Assembly (NCBI RefSeq): GCF_006345805.1
Contig: NW_021835011.1
Location: 1-43,213, forward strand
Source: Octopus sinensis
Taxonomy: Eukaryota
Reading direction: 5' to 3'
DNA: 43,213 bases
The notes under the pieces were generated by a model. That model made no database searches. It saw only the letters and a list, made by a program, of their open reading frames with translations, and had not been told where the DNA came from. The position numbers were made by a program, and so were the translations under genes. This document shows, piece after piece, positions 11,268 through 23,868 of the stretch (the stretch's first letter is position 1; the number at the start of each line of letters is the position of its first letter).

Positions 11268-11715
11268 GGAGGCGCAATGGCCCAGTGGTTAGGGCAGCGG
11301 ACTCGCAGTCGGAGGATTGCGGTTTCGATTCCCAGACCGGGCGTTGTGTGTGTGTGTGTGTGTGTTTATTAGGCAAAAATCCTGGTGGAATCCTAAATAA
11401 GAACATAAAATACCGAGTGTAATGCTGCCTAGCATTTTGCACAGCGTACAAATATAATTGTAATAGCTCGCTGCCTTATACCTAGTTTACAAGGCTCCGG
11501 CAGGGGATGGTGGCGACCCCTGTTGTACTCTTTCGCTCCAACTTTCTCTCACTCTTTCTTCCTGTTTCTTGTCCCCGACTTTCTACGCAACCGCTGAGCC
11601 TGGATGCGCATTCATCCATCAGTCGGTGTCGGGGGTTGACCTGCTTTCTCTTCTGCGGGTCTTACGAATAGCAAAGGACCACGTTTCGGATTTCTCATAC
11701 TAGGGATGAAACAAA
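11268..11715 (+). mobile_element. SINE family C (tRNA head GGCGCAATGGCCCAGTGGTTAGGGCAGCGG) with alternative 3' body, interrupted by a templated insertion
   Basis: Head is the inverted match of 12550-12642; resumes at AGGCTCCGGCAGGGG 11492. Confidence 0.85.
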
Positions 11716-11751
11716 GCAGCGATAGCAATAATTGTAATTATAACAATATAG

Positions 11752-11929
11752 GTTTCAAACTTTGGTACAAGGCCAACACTTTCCAGTAAGTGCGATAAGT
11801 AGATTGCATCGAGCCCAGTGCACAACTGGTACTTATTTTATCGACGCCGAAACAGATGAAAGGCAAAGTCGACCGCGGCTAAGCATTTTGCCCACTGTGC
11901 GTTAACACATTCTACCAGCTTTCCGCCTT
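11752..11929 (-). mobile_element. SINE family B
   Basis: Reverse complement of the family B core. Confidence 0.75.
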
Positions 11930-12043
11930 TTAAGAATATTTACAACATCAGTAACAAACTTTTAGTAATAGCAACCACATAAACAACGACATCGACAGTA
12001 ACAAAGCAAAATACACAACAGTAAGTTGTGCCTACACTACAAT

Positions 12044-12248
12044 TGTTTCTGCGATAGGCACAAGGCCTGAAATGCTTTGTGGAAGGCTTACTAGAAACTT
12101 GACTGCAATTTTATCTTATCGAATCCGAATAGATAAAAGGCAATGTTGACCTTGGCGGAATTCAAAATCAGAACATAAAATACCGAGTGTAATACTGCCT
12201 AACATTTTGCACAGTGTACAAATATAATTGTAATAGCTCGCTGCCTTA
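12044..12248 (-). mobile_element. SINE family B
   Basis: Tail ATAGGCACAAGGCCTG and head GCTCGCTGCCTTA on the + strand. Confidence 0.8.
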
Positions 12249-12272
12249 TACATAGTTTACAATAAATGTTTT

Positions 12273-12642
12273 TGGAAGCACTCCGTCGGTTACGACGACG
12301 AGGGTTCCGGTTGATAAGAATCAACGGAACAGCCTGCTCGTGAAATTAACGTGTAAGTGGCTGAGCATTCCACAGACACGTGTACCCTTAACGTAGTTCT
12401 AGGGGATATTCAGCGTGGCACAGAGAGTGACAAGGCCGGCCCTTTGAAATACAGGTAAGTAAGAGTGAGAGAAAGTTGTGGTGAAAGAGTACAGCAGGTA
12501 TCACCACCATCCCCTGCCGGAGTCTCGTGGATCTTTTAGGTGTTTTCGCTCAATAAACACTCACAACGCCCGGTCTGGGAATCGAAACCGCGATCCTATG
12601 ACCGCGAGTCCGCTGCCCTAACCACTGGGCCATTGCGCCACC
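12273..12642 (-). mobile_element. SINE family C, full length
   Basis: Highly similar to 21793-22121; tRNA-like A and B boxes at the minus-strand 5' end. Confidence 0.9.
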
Positions 12643-12929
12643 ACACAATAAATGTACCACACTAACTACACTAAACAATAGTACATTACATACAGGGGTG
12701 TGTGTTGGTTGCGGGGTTGTGCAAATCTGGGCAAGAATTTTTGAGGAAAGGTAGTAGTTGACTTGCAAGTCTTACCTCTCCATGATTTCGATATTTATTC
12801 ATTACACAACACATCTCTGTTTACGACAGTTCATCAGCCAAGTGAAAATACCGCCAACCTCGGTACCTTACAACGTGGAACCAGTATCGCTGAAGGGTTT
12901 GTTGTAAGAAGTCAAAAAATTCGAAACAA

Positions 12930-13060
12930 ATTACTATCGACGCCGACAGAAAGAAAGGCAAAGTCAACAACGGCGGAGTTTGATCTCACAGCGTAAAGAC
13001 AGTCGAAATGGCGCTAAACATTTTGCTTGGTGTTCTGACGATCCAACCAGCTCGCCACCC
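12930..13060 (-). mobile_element. SINE family B, diverged
   Basis: AAAGGCAAAGTCAAC...GGCGGAGTTTGATCTCA...CCAGCTCGCC. Confidence 0.65.
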
Positions 13061-13064
13061 TCGT

Positions 13065-13260
13065 AAGGTTCCTTCCCAAGTAATCCAGACTCATGAGGCC
13101 AGTTTTCCCCCTTCTATGGCGCATATATTTATCATCTGGACGAGACGCCAGTCCGTCACAGGACTTCTCATTTTTGTTGGCTGAGTCGACGGGAGCTACG
13201 TGAAATGAAGTCCAGGAATCGAAACTATAATCTTACAATCATGAATCCAACATCCACATG
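13065..13260 (-). mobile_element. SINE family E fragment
   Basis: GGCTGAGTCGACGGGAGCTACGTG...GGAATCGAAAC shared with 14545-14750 and 39980-40107. Confidence 0.55.
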
Positions 13261-13634
13261 TATCTAATTATTATAGAGTAATATGGTGCATCGTGATGTA
13301 GTGTAAATAATGGTGGAGTGTAGATTAATGGAGGTCTGGAGTTGGGCTGTGTTCTTATGGTGATAATGATGAAGGCGATGATGATAATGTGGATGGGGAG
13401 GAGAGGAAGGAAAGAGGCAGATGAGTATAATCGTGATGGTGGCGATGATGATGATGGTTAGGAGGAGGAGGAACAGGCAGAGCAGGAGGAGGAGGAAGAG
13501 GTTGATGTGATGATGATGGTGATGATTATCATGTTGATGATTTGAAATGTTTAAACATATAAAAATGTAATTATCTAAATTATATCTTAAAACACTCCAC
13601 ACACTCCCCCACTCACTCAAAATGCTAATGAATG

Positions 13635-13676
13635 GTTTCTATGGTAACAGAAAAAAAAGGATTAAATATGACGTCA
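13635..13676 (+). promoter_or_regulatory. RFX X-box plus full CRE palindrome
   Basis: GTTTCTATGGTAAC 13635-13648; TGACGTCA 13669-13676. Confidence 0.3.
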
Positions 13677-13734
13677 CGTTTTGGTTTGTTGACAGTTGTA
13701 TGTATGTATGTGCATGTGCATATGTGTGTGCGTG

Positions 13735-13767
<33 letters not shown>

Positions 13768-13926
13768 GTATGTATATATGTATATATATATGTATATATA
13801 TATATATGTATGTATATATATAATAAAAGAATAAAAGAATATACATATAGATATGTTTGTTGCTAGCTGACAGGTGTGTTTTTGTATGTAGATTAGTTGT
13901 ACTTTTGACAAAATAATAATATTGTA

Positions 13927-13999
<73 letters not shown>

Positions 14000-14249
14000 T
14001 TAAATCTTAACTTCTGTAGGATTAAAATCATAAATATGTGACTCTGCATGGCTGTAAGCAAGCCTATGCGTATGTGTTATATGTATACACACATATGCAC
14101 ACATACACACACACACACACACATGCACACATTAGCATATATACGTGCGTGTTTTACATATATAAAAGTGTGTGTGTGTGTGTGTATGTGCGTGTGACAG
14201 AGAGATGTGTATTTGTGTGCGTGTGACAGAGAGATGTGTATTTGTGTGC

Positions 14250-14295
<46 letters not shown>

Positions 14296-14475
14296 CGGGC
14301 TCTCCCGTCGAAGACGACGTATGAACGTTCATCTCTTGCCGAACGACCTTCATAAATGAATTGTGCATAGTGAACAATCAATTGTCCGTGCCGCACATTG
14401 TGACCTACGTTGTGCATGCGACACGCAAAATTAAAAAGGCGGTTTTCATCAATTACTTTTTGTCATTTATGATTT

Positions 14476-14542
<67 letters not shown>

Positions 14543-14544
14543 GT

Positions 14545-14747
14545 TAGTCCATGTTACTCCTAAGGAGCATAGGACCGGTTTCCTGGTTTCTCTGGCGTAT
14601 ATATTCCTCCCTAAATGGAACGCCTGTCTGTTACAAGACTATTAATTTTTGTCACGTGACTGGAGCACCGTGAAGTATAATGTTTTACTCAACAACACAT
14701 TGCAACTCCGGATCCAGGAATCGAAGCCACAATCTTACGATCACCAG

Positions 14748-14750
<3 letters not shown>
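14545..14750 (-). mobile_element. SINE family E fragment
   Basis: GACTGGAGCACCGTG...CAACACATTGC...GGAATCGAAGCCACAATCTTACGATC. Confidence 0.6.
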
Positions 14751-14785
<35 letters not shown>

Positions 14786-15260
14786 ATTGGCCTGCTCGCT
14801 TAGCCAGCGGGGTGGCGTCATTCGAAGGCTAAAACAATGCAAACGCATTGTGACCAGCGATGTGTAACTACATCTGATGGACTGGTCGGTCACGTGATGG
14901 TGATGGTGATATATATGATATGTAAAAGTCACAGAAAGTTTGTATAATAAAGGTTATGATGATATTAGGATCATTAGGATCATATTACATTATTATATCA
15001 TTACAAATTAAATAAGTGCCGGTTTCACGCCCAAACGATTATCAACTTACATAAAGAAAACTTTTTTGTTGTCAATAGGATGCCATCTTTTAAAAATCGT
15101 TTGATCGTGAAACTGGTACATATTTAATTTGTAATGATGTAATGATGTAATATGATTCTAATATCACCATATACTTTAATATACAAACATTCTGTGACTT
15201 CATATTTTTTCTTTCCCATATACCTATCCCACGTGTATACAGAACTTTCCATTCTTCACT

Positions 15261-15301
<41 letters not shown>

Positions 15302-15692
15302 TACAAACAAACACATAAGTAAGATGACTTACTTAGATTGGCGATGGAAGGCCACACAAGAAAGTTCAACAGTAGAATCCTCTGAAACCAGTGACGCTGA
15401 GCAACGGAGAAACTGAATAAAAATATTTCAATGGTAATATTTATGAAACCTTGAGGTAGAGGAATAGCGTTAAGCAATGTGATATTGTTCTGTTGGTATG
15501 GATATTAATATATCTGAGATCCTGTTAGATAAATGGCATGTATATTTTGAATGTATAATATTTGGTCTCTGTGGAGGTATTGGGAACTCATGTGTACTAT
15601 CTACCTTTGCAATCTTTTTTTTTTGTAGGTAGCGTTGTTTCAATATAAATATACATTGTATATATTGTAATACTGAGAATTGTTGTTGTTGT

Positions 15693-15918
15693 TAAGGCGA
15701 CGAGCTGGCTGAATCGTTACTGGACAGGATAAACTACTTAGCGGCATTTTATCCAGCTTTACGTTCTGAGTTCATATCCCACTGCCGTCATTTTTGCCTT
15801 TCATCCACCCAGGATCACTAAAATAAGTGCCGATTTAGAACTGGGATCGATGTAAACGACCTACCCACTTTCCCTAAATTACTTGCCTTGTGTCAAAATT
15901 TGAAATCATTATTATTAT
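15693..15918 (+). mobile_element. SINE family B with (ATT)n tail
   Basis: TAAGGCGACGAGCTGG head, family core, CCTTGTGTC...ATTATTATT tail. Confidence 0.8.
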
Positions 15919-16130
15919 GGTTGTCGTTAAGAGTTTTTCTCCTTTCAATTATTTTTCCATTTCTTGCGGAGTGTCTTCCCGACATCTAAGGTACTAAAAT
16001 CTCACTGTATACATTGATAGGCCACTGAAATATACGCACAAAATTGTTCATTTACAAAATGAAGTTGTGTAAAGTAAAGTGAAAAGAAAGAAGGTAAAAA
16101 AGAAAAAAATTATAAGGTTTGTAATCTTTC

Positions 16131-17180
16131 TCACAGCGACAATGTTCTCAATACGAATGACGTACCAGTTAAAACAATCATTTGCACTTCTAGCATGGAT
16201 AGTAAGTCAGGAATCATTCTCAAATAATTTTCAATTCTATATTTGATTATTCCAAGTGTTCCTACAATGGTTTGTATTGTAACCTTCTTGAGATGCCACG
16301 TTTATTCCATCTCAAATCTTTATACTTTCTGAGTTTGTCAAGTCTTTTTGCCAAGATATTACGATCAGAAGCAATATTTATGTCGATCAGTAAAGAGACT
16401 TTATTGTGTTTGTCTTTTACAACAATATCCGATTCATTGTCTTTGATGGTTCAGTCTGTACGTACTGGAAAGTCCCAAAGGATTTCTTTCCTTCAGTTAT
16501 AGCTTCCTTCAGTTATATTAACCAGTACAGATATTGGCCAACTCTGTCATGTTTTGATATATACTCAGCTGGTGTATAAATCAAATCTCTGGACTTCACA
16601 TCCAGCGATCAGGTGGTCCACTGTTTCAATCACATCATTGCAGAATTAGCATTTTAGATCCACTCCATTTTTCAACAATAACCTTTAATGTTCAGCATTT
16701 ATGATAAAACCTTTGCTCTCTGCCTTTAGCCCTGAGCTCCGTAGCCACAGATGGGTGTGCTTCTGGTCTACATCAGCTTTGTTTGCTACGGGACACATAT
16801 TTGCCATGCAGAGGTTTCTGCTCCCAACTGTCAGTCAATTGTTCATTCACTTTTCCCTTTTCCATTAAATTCACCTTCTTCGCAAGAACTTCCATCATGC
16901 TGTTCAGCCTGGGTAAAATTTTTTGCTCTCCTTTATAACAGAATGAAGTTTCTTACGCCTATGGTGACTTTCAACGAGTTCTAGCGAGCAGTCGTTAGCG
17001 GTTTCAAGAGATTTGGTCAGTCCATTTGAGATGGTTTTGGTAGAGTTTTCAATTTTGATCAAGCCTAGATCTCCTTGGGCCCTGGGAAGGTAAAGGCGAT
17101 CCATGTCTGTCCTTGGGTAGTGTATCTTATTACAAATCAGCAGTTTACATATTTTATCAACTGGCAGAACCATTAGTAAC
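16131..17180 (-). mobile_element. R4/Dong-type (RLE) non-LTR retrotransposon, decayed 3' part
   Basis: HYPRTDMDRLYLPRAQGDLGLI; SSGL.AESKGFII; zinc knuckle C..C.DVIETVDHLIAGC; HDRVGQYL.W; WDFPVRTD..IKDNESDIVV.DKHNKVSLLIDINI (PD..D-type endonuclease); IVGTLGII; ORF stop near 16131. Confidence 0.88.
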
Positions 17181-17181
17181 G

Positions 17182-17325
17182 CCGGACAAAATGCTTAGTT
17201 GCATTTCTTCGGGCTTTATGTTCTGAGTTCAAATTTCGTCGAGGTCGACTTTCATCTTTTCGAGAACGATACAATTATTACTAGTTGAAAACTGGGCTTG
17301 GTGTAATCGACTGAACCTCTCCCAA
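17182..17325 (+). mobile_element. SINE family B fragment
   Basis: TTCTGAGTTCAAATTTCGTCGAGGTCGACTTT core. Confidence 0.7.
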
Positions 17326-17671
17326 CTATCATCAACATCAACGTTATGCTCTGTTCACGGAATTGTTTCTATCGCCGTCTCATTTGATTTCTTTGTTAGC
17401 GCCTTAAGTGTTTGTATTAAATATGTTAACCAGAAGTTTAACCAAATTCAATCCTGTTCTGGACAAGTTTCCAAACATTTGAGTTTAATCAAGCTCTTCA
17501 TAAAATTGTTTTAGTTTTAAATCAATCTATTTATTTTAATTAATAAAATGTTGCTTTCATACCACTGGTTTCCTTGAAATTTTACGAGAATTTCCTGTTT
17601 CAGAAATTCTTTGACATCGGATATATATATATATGGCCTTCTTTTCTTACCGTAATTATATTTATTTAGTT

Positions 17672-17903
17672 AAAGGCGGCAAGCTGGCAGAATCGCTAGC
17701 ACGCCGGGCGAAATGCGTAGCCGTATTTCGTCTTCAATTAAGTTCTGAGTTCAAATTCCGCCGAGGTCGACTTTGCCTTTCATCCTTTCGGGGTCGATAA
17801 ATTAAGTACCAGTTTCGCACTGGGGTCGATGTAATCGACTTAATCCGTTTGTCTGCCCCTGTTTGTCCCCTCTATGTTTAGCCCGTTGTGGGCAATAAAG
17901 ACA
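17672..17903 (+). mobile_element. SINE family B, full length, young subfamily
   Basis: Very similar to the reverse complement of 23314-23548. Confidence 0.9.
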
Positions 17904-19254
17904 TATATATTTATGTAGTTATTGTCTCTTTTCCTCTTTTTTTTTTCAGTTGTTTTCTCATTGATTTCATGAAGGACCGAGAGATATTTTCTCGTATTTT
18001 CTATCATTTTCTGTATATTTGTTTTCCATCTTAATTTTTCATTGATATTCCTATTTGATTAGTCCTGAGGGAATACACGCTTTCCTTATAACTATTGTGA
18101 CTGATGTGTACATTATTGCAATTAACCTGGTGATATTGATGTTTGTGTCTGTTTTAAGTCTCAAGTGCCCATGCTTGCGTTCCCGTTGTTTGTAATCCTT
18201 AAGTTATTGTCACCTTTAAGTTACCATGGCTAGTTTAAACATTCTTATTCTTAAATCTATCTCATCATATCTGTTACTATTTATATTATTTAGTGTTGTT
18301 CTGTTCGGTTTTTGTTGGTCATCATTCGCTAGTCGTTGTAGTATTTGAATTTACAGCAAACGGGTCAGTTTTATCTTTGTGGTTTAGGTTCTCAATACTT
18401 TCAATGTTGTTGGTTCATTATTCATGTTTTCCTCTTGTATTCTTTCTTTTCATTGCGGTATTTTACATGAGTTAAGTTTGAGATTTCAGGCAAACAATGG
18501 GATTTCAGATAAATTTGAGCCTACTGGAGTCCAGCGACACGTTTTGATTCGGGTTATTTTCTCCATCATATTTCACATGATTTCGTTGTCGTAATTTCGG
18601 TTTATAAAGAGAATGCTATAATAGTCATATAAATTGGAAATACATTTCCCACGAAAGCGTTTATGCTATTTTCTTGTTTTTATTTGCGAGACTTGAGAAG
18701 CAAAATCCGGACCTGAATTTAGACGATCAAAGCCCAGCTCCTATTTAGATTGTCGTCATTTTCGTCAGGTTCCGGTTTAATTGCTTCGACTCGTGCTAAG
18801 TGTAGCACACGCGGTTTTTCGTATTTGCTATGCAATACATACAAGTTATACATGCTCCTAACGTGGAGCCTGATACGTTTTTTATTTGTATCATTTGTGA
18901 CTTTTATTTGCCGTGTTCGTGGTGGTGGTGGTGGTGGGACTGGCCGGTCTGAACGGTGCTCTGATAGTTTGCTTACACTCAATATAAGAACTCCGTTTAC
19001 TATGAACATTTGTTATACATCAATTATACTTAATATAATTTCACACGGTATAACTTACAATTATTCTTCAACATTATATTTATTTTATATCCGGCTTGAT
19101 TTATGATTCTTTAATCGTTATTAATGGAGTATTTTTTCGAAGTCTTCAATCAGCGTTCACTCATGTGTGACATCCCCCAGAGTGTTCCCTGTTAGACGTC
19201 ATTACGGGGGTGGGGTGGGGGTTTCTCCTTAATCCAGAGAGTCGCAATAAATGT

Positions 19255-19400
19255 TTTGCAACACTTCTTCCAGTCCTTTACATTCTGAGTCACGCCGAAG
19301 TCAACTCCACCTTTCATCCTTTCAGGGACAATAAAATAGAGTACCAGTCAAGTACCGGGACCAACTCCTTCAGAACTGCTAACCTTGCTCCAATTGTTAT
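19255..19400 (+). mobile_element. SINE family B fragment
   Basis: TTCTGAGTCACGCCGAAGTCAACTCCACCTTTCATCC...GAGTACCAG. Confidence 0.6.
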
Positions 19401-19417
19401 TATTACTGTTGTTGATG

Positions 19418-19480
19418 TCAGCTTAATGGTAGAATACTGATCCGGTATCTGACAGGCACGTGTTCGACTCCTATAGCCGA
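19418..19480 (+). pseudogene. tRNA-like relic or SINE head
   Basis: A-box-like AGCTTAATGGTAGAAT and B-box-like GTTCGACTCC, but the stems do not pair well. Confidence 0.3.
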
Positions 19481-19497
19481 TTGCTGGCAACATTTAT

Positions 19498-19720
19498 AAA
19501 GGCGATGAGCTGTTAGAACCGTTAGCAGGTCGGGAAAAATGCTTCGCGGCATTTCGTCCGTCTTTACGTTCTGAGTTCAAATTCCGCCGAGGTCGACTTT
19601 GCCTTCTATCCTTTCGGGGTCGATAAATTAAGTACCATTTGAGTACTGGGATCAATTAAATCCATTTATCCCCCACCACCCAAATCTCAGGGCTTGTGCC
19701 TTTTGTAGAAGGAATTATTA
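19498..19720 (+). mobile_element. SINE family B
   Basis: Head AAGGCGATGAGCTG, core, tail GGCTTGTGCCTTTTGTAGAAGGAATTATT. Confidence 0.85.
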
Positions 19721-20569
19721 CCATTTTTGTTATTTAGAGCCAAGTCAGCCCTTAGTCGAGAAGACGTACGATTAAAAATATTCCAAGCGTAACCGTCCCA
19801 TCTTAATGTTTGTATATAGATCTGTTGATGTGTATTTAGCTGCGTGTAAGGTTTCCTTTAAAATGTCTACTTACTTTTATGATCTATGTTTTCTATCAAG
19901 AACCTTCCAACTGTAACCATTCCATCTTTATGACACAGTATCAATACAGGACTACTATATCCAAGAAGTTCTTTCTCTCTTTCTGAAGTAGCAAAGTACG
20001 ATTTAGCTGCCATTTTTTGCAGGTTGTGTGACCGTTAAGAAACTCTGTTCCTGTTGAAGTAGGGAGAAGAGAGCGTGGTGATTGGGGAAGGTAGGCGTTT
20101 AAGAGTTGCTGGAATGTGAAATATGTTTGTGAAATATGGATTTTACTGTTAAAGTAAACTACAAAAGGCATGTACTATATAAAAGACACGGCAGCTGGAT
20201 GGTTGGCTGGCTGGCTGGTTGGTATGTTTCATACCAAATATTCACACACACACACACACACCATACACACACACGCACAAACACACACACACACAAGCGT
20301 ACAGAATCACGCGGACTTACAAACACGCACTTATATACATAGGTACATGCTTTCTCACACATTACATTGATAATACCAATTTCCCAAAGATCGTGGGGCA
20401 ATACTCCTACATATATACATATTCACATACACACACACACACGAGAGGCATTGGTATCCAGAAGACTCAAGGTTGCAGGTAAGGCTATGTAATTGCTATG
20501 GAAGGACTGTAGTTAAACTCTCGGTTCGATAATAATACTAGTGAGAAGTCTAATGTGGGCCTTGTATGA

Positions 20570-20835
<266 letters not shown>

Positions 20836-21792
20836 CAAAAGAATGTATTATAATACTATTCCACATACAAAAACAGCAATACCAACAATGGAACATATCT
20901 CCATCATCAGCTGCCCCAAGGATATAATTATGGTTTCGACGCCTGGGCAGTACCATTCAATCCGGCGGTGTCAACAGGACTAAAGTAAGTGTTGTTTGGG
21001 AACAAACAAACCAAAAAAAACACAACTTTCAAGATATTCTTTTATATCTATCAGCCCTAAGGTTGTGGCCATGCTGGGGCACCGCATTTATTACATATAC
21101 ATATATATATATATATAGATAATTTCAACAACAATTGAGGAATGGCCTTAATAGGCCATTCGACCCACTAGAAAGAGCAGCCAGGACTCAAACCGCCAAG
21201 TAGTAGTAATTCAGAAATTAAAGGAAAATTGTTGTTGAATTTATATATATAGTCTATGACTATTTTCTTTTTCTCACTAGACCGCTGGTGGCGATAAATT
21301 TCTATTGAATTTTTTGCTACCCTATATTGATTAAATATATATATATAATGATGCACTCGACCAAGTAAATGTCGGTAAAGACGTACGTTTGATTGGCCAA
21401 AAAAGTAAAACATGGCTAATAAAGACCGTGAAAAAATAGCTGCTTTTTGGATAAGATTTTCTATTTTTAAAATTTGATGAACCGTTTATAAATCGCCGTC
21501 CAGTAAAAGAAAACAAAGCTAATGCATTGGGTAGTGCATCTTACTAACATGTCATCTGAAAAAACTAGTGAGCAGATTGTTGTAGCAACAATTGGTCTGT
21601 CTTATTTCCGCTGTAACGAAATCATGAATAGGAATTTGGACAACGAAAACAAAAGAATGAAACGGAGCGACAATAGAGGAAATGTAATTTTTAATATGAT
21701 AGATGTGTACAAGGTTACTGGCAGTGTGACGGTTAACTATAGCTATGAAGGTAGTCAATATAGTCTAGATCGCTAGTGACCGACATATATAT

Positions 21793-22119
21793 GGATGGAA
21801 GCACTCCGTCAGTTACGACGACGAGGGTTCCGGTTGATCCGAATCAACGAAACAGCCTGCTCGTGAAATTAACGTGTAAGTGGCTGAGCACTCCACAGAC
21901 ACGTGTACCCTTAACGTAGTTCTCGGGGATATTCAGCGTGACACAGAGAGTGACAAGGCCGACCCTTTGAAATACAGGTACAACAGAAACAGGAAGTAAG
22001 AGTGAGAGAAAGTTGTGGTGAAAGAGTACAGCAGGGATCGCCACCATCCCCTACCTGAGCCTCGTGGAGCTTTAGGTGTTTTCGCTCAATAAACATTCAC
22101 AACGCCCGGTCTGGGAATC

Positions 22120-22121
<2 letters not shown>
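21793..22121 (-). mobile_element. SINE family C, 5'-truncated, 12-bp TSD CGACATATATAT
   Basis: TSD at 21781-21792 and 22119-22130. Confidence 0.9.
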
Positions 22122-22167
<46 letters not shown>

Positions 22168-22174
22168 AACATAC

Positions 22175-22590
22175 ATGTGGCTGTGTAGTAAGAAATTGCT
22201 TCCGAACCACACAGACCCAGGTTCAGTCCCACCGCGTGACACCTTGTCAAAATGTCTTCTTCTATAGCTTCGGCCCGACCAAAGCTTTGGGAGTGGATTT
22301 GGTAGACGGAAATTGAAAGAAGCCCCTTGCATATGTGTGTGTGTGTGTATGTGTAAGTATGTGCACGTGTGTGTGTGTGAGTGTGTGTGTGTGTGTGCGT
22401 GTGTGCGTGTAACCGGGTACTGGTGTGTGCTTACGTACCCGTAATTTAGTGGTTCAGCAAAAGAAACCGATAGAATACGTAGCAATTAGAGAAAAATAAA
22501 TGCTGGGGTCGATTCATTTGACTGAAAATGCTCGAAGGCAGTGCCTCAGCATGGCCACAGTCTGATGACTGAAATAAGTAGAAGATAAAA
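22175..22590 (+). mobile_element. SINE family A
   Basis: Colinear with 35744-36187, internal (TG)n. Confidence 0.85.
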
Positions 22591-22849
22591 CATATATATA
22601 TATATATAACATATATATATATATATATATATCTATATATATATATTATATATAGAAATATGTTACAAAAAGAAAATAGAAACTACACGTGGAAAGTAAG
22701 TGGAAAGTAAGAAAAATAGACGAAAATGCACATTGTAAATAAAAAGACGTAAAGGCTTTTTATGAAAAGTAACGAAAGATATATACAATTAGATGAACTG
22801 AGGTAGGAATAAAAGTAATAAAAGTCATTATTGTGAAATTATTTAAGAG

Positions 22850-23868
22850 ATTCAAGCATACCGGTTTCGTAGGTTACTTGTCATTGCTTAATGTGTGATG
22901 AGGCTCATTTTCATCTCACTGGCATGGTAAATCAACAGAACTGTCGTTAACGGGCTCTTGAAAATCCGTGAGAACTGCACGAAAGACCACCGCACAGCAC
23001 AAAAGTGACGGTCTGGTGTGCTGTTGGAAAAGCTGCCACAATTATTCCTTACTTTTTTGAAGGCAATATTGGAAATGTTGTTACTGTGAACTACGAGCGT
23101 TACATCGAGATGATAAACTTCTTTATGCCCGAATTACGACGGAAAGGTGTACCTATTCGACATGTATGGTTTTAGCAGGATGAGGCGACAGCCCACGCAT
23201 ACAGAGCATCAATGGACGTTCTTCGCCCTCTCTTCGGTGACCGCCTCATTTCCAAGTTCTCTGATATTCTTTGGCCCTTTCGGTTCCCTGATTTGGCCAT
23301 GTGTTATTATTTCCGTTTCTTTATTACCCACAAGGGGCTAAACATAGAGGGGACAAAAAAGGACAGACAAACGGATTAAGTCGATTACATCGACCCCAGT
23401 GCGCAACTGGTACTTAACTCATCGACCCGGAAAGGATGAAAGGCAAAGTGGACCAGGGCGGAATTTGAACTCAGAACGTACCGGCAGACGAAATACGGCT
23501 ACGCATTTCGCCCGGCGTGCTAACGATTCTGCCAGCTCGCCGCCTTATCCATGTGTTATTATTTCTTGTAGGGAAACTTCATGGCACGTGCGTATGCGCA
23601 TAAGCCCTATACATTGGACGATTTGAAGGAAGTTATTCGCGTGGAAATCGCCCAAATCGACAGAGCAATGCTGGAGAGAGTGGGCGCCAGCTATCATGAC
23701 CGCCTTCAGAAATGCATCAATGAAAACGGACACCACATGATGTTGTTTTCCACACTTCATTTTGACAAATAAATACGAACACACTGATGTCAACAAAATT
23801 TGCTTGCAGCTAAAATTAATGATTTTGTGAATTTTTCAAAAACATTCGTTCTCTCTGCCCCGCCCTAT
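22850..23868 (+). mobile_element. Tc1/mariner-superfamily DNA transposon relic (catalytic domain and right end), split by a SINE
   Basis: CDEAHFHLTGMVNQQNCR..ENP.ELHERP.HSTKVTVWCAV...PYFFE...VTVN.ERY.EM...WF*QDEATAH...LF.DRLIS...WP.RFPDL; continues after the SINE as KPYTLDDLKEVIR...RLQKCINENGHH. Confidence 0.88.
23314..23548 (-). mobile_element. SINE family B inserted in the Tc1 relic with a 17-bp TSD
   Basis: CCATGTGTTATTATTTC at 23297-23313 and 23549-23565. Confidence 0.93.

Noticed and set aside
11268-11340. tRNA-like sequences at SINE heads (also 12570-12642, 35744-35815)
   Set aside because: The cloverleaf is imperfect and each continues into a SINE body; not tRNA genes.
12781-12840. 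Minus-strand CTGATGAA-CTGT/ACAG hairpin with AATAAA
   Set aside because: GAAA and stem III are missing, so it cannot be supported as a hammerhead.
14295-14460. Possible mariner HTH remnant (FIYEGRSARDERS) on the minus strand
   Set aside because: Too short and degenerate to support.
18490-19180. Possible Tc1-like relic or 96-118 aa ORFs
   Set aside because: Only vague RSDRP-like similarity; the poly-P/G comes from (GGT)n; no catalytic motifs.
21522-21776. 84-aa non-repetitive ORF
   Set aside because: No recognisable domain or splice context; length is expected by chance.
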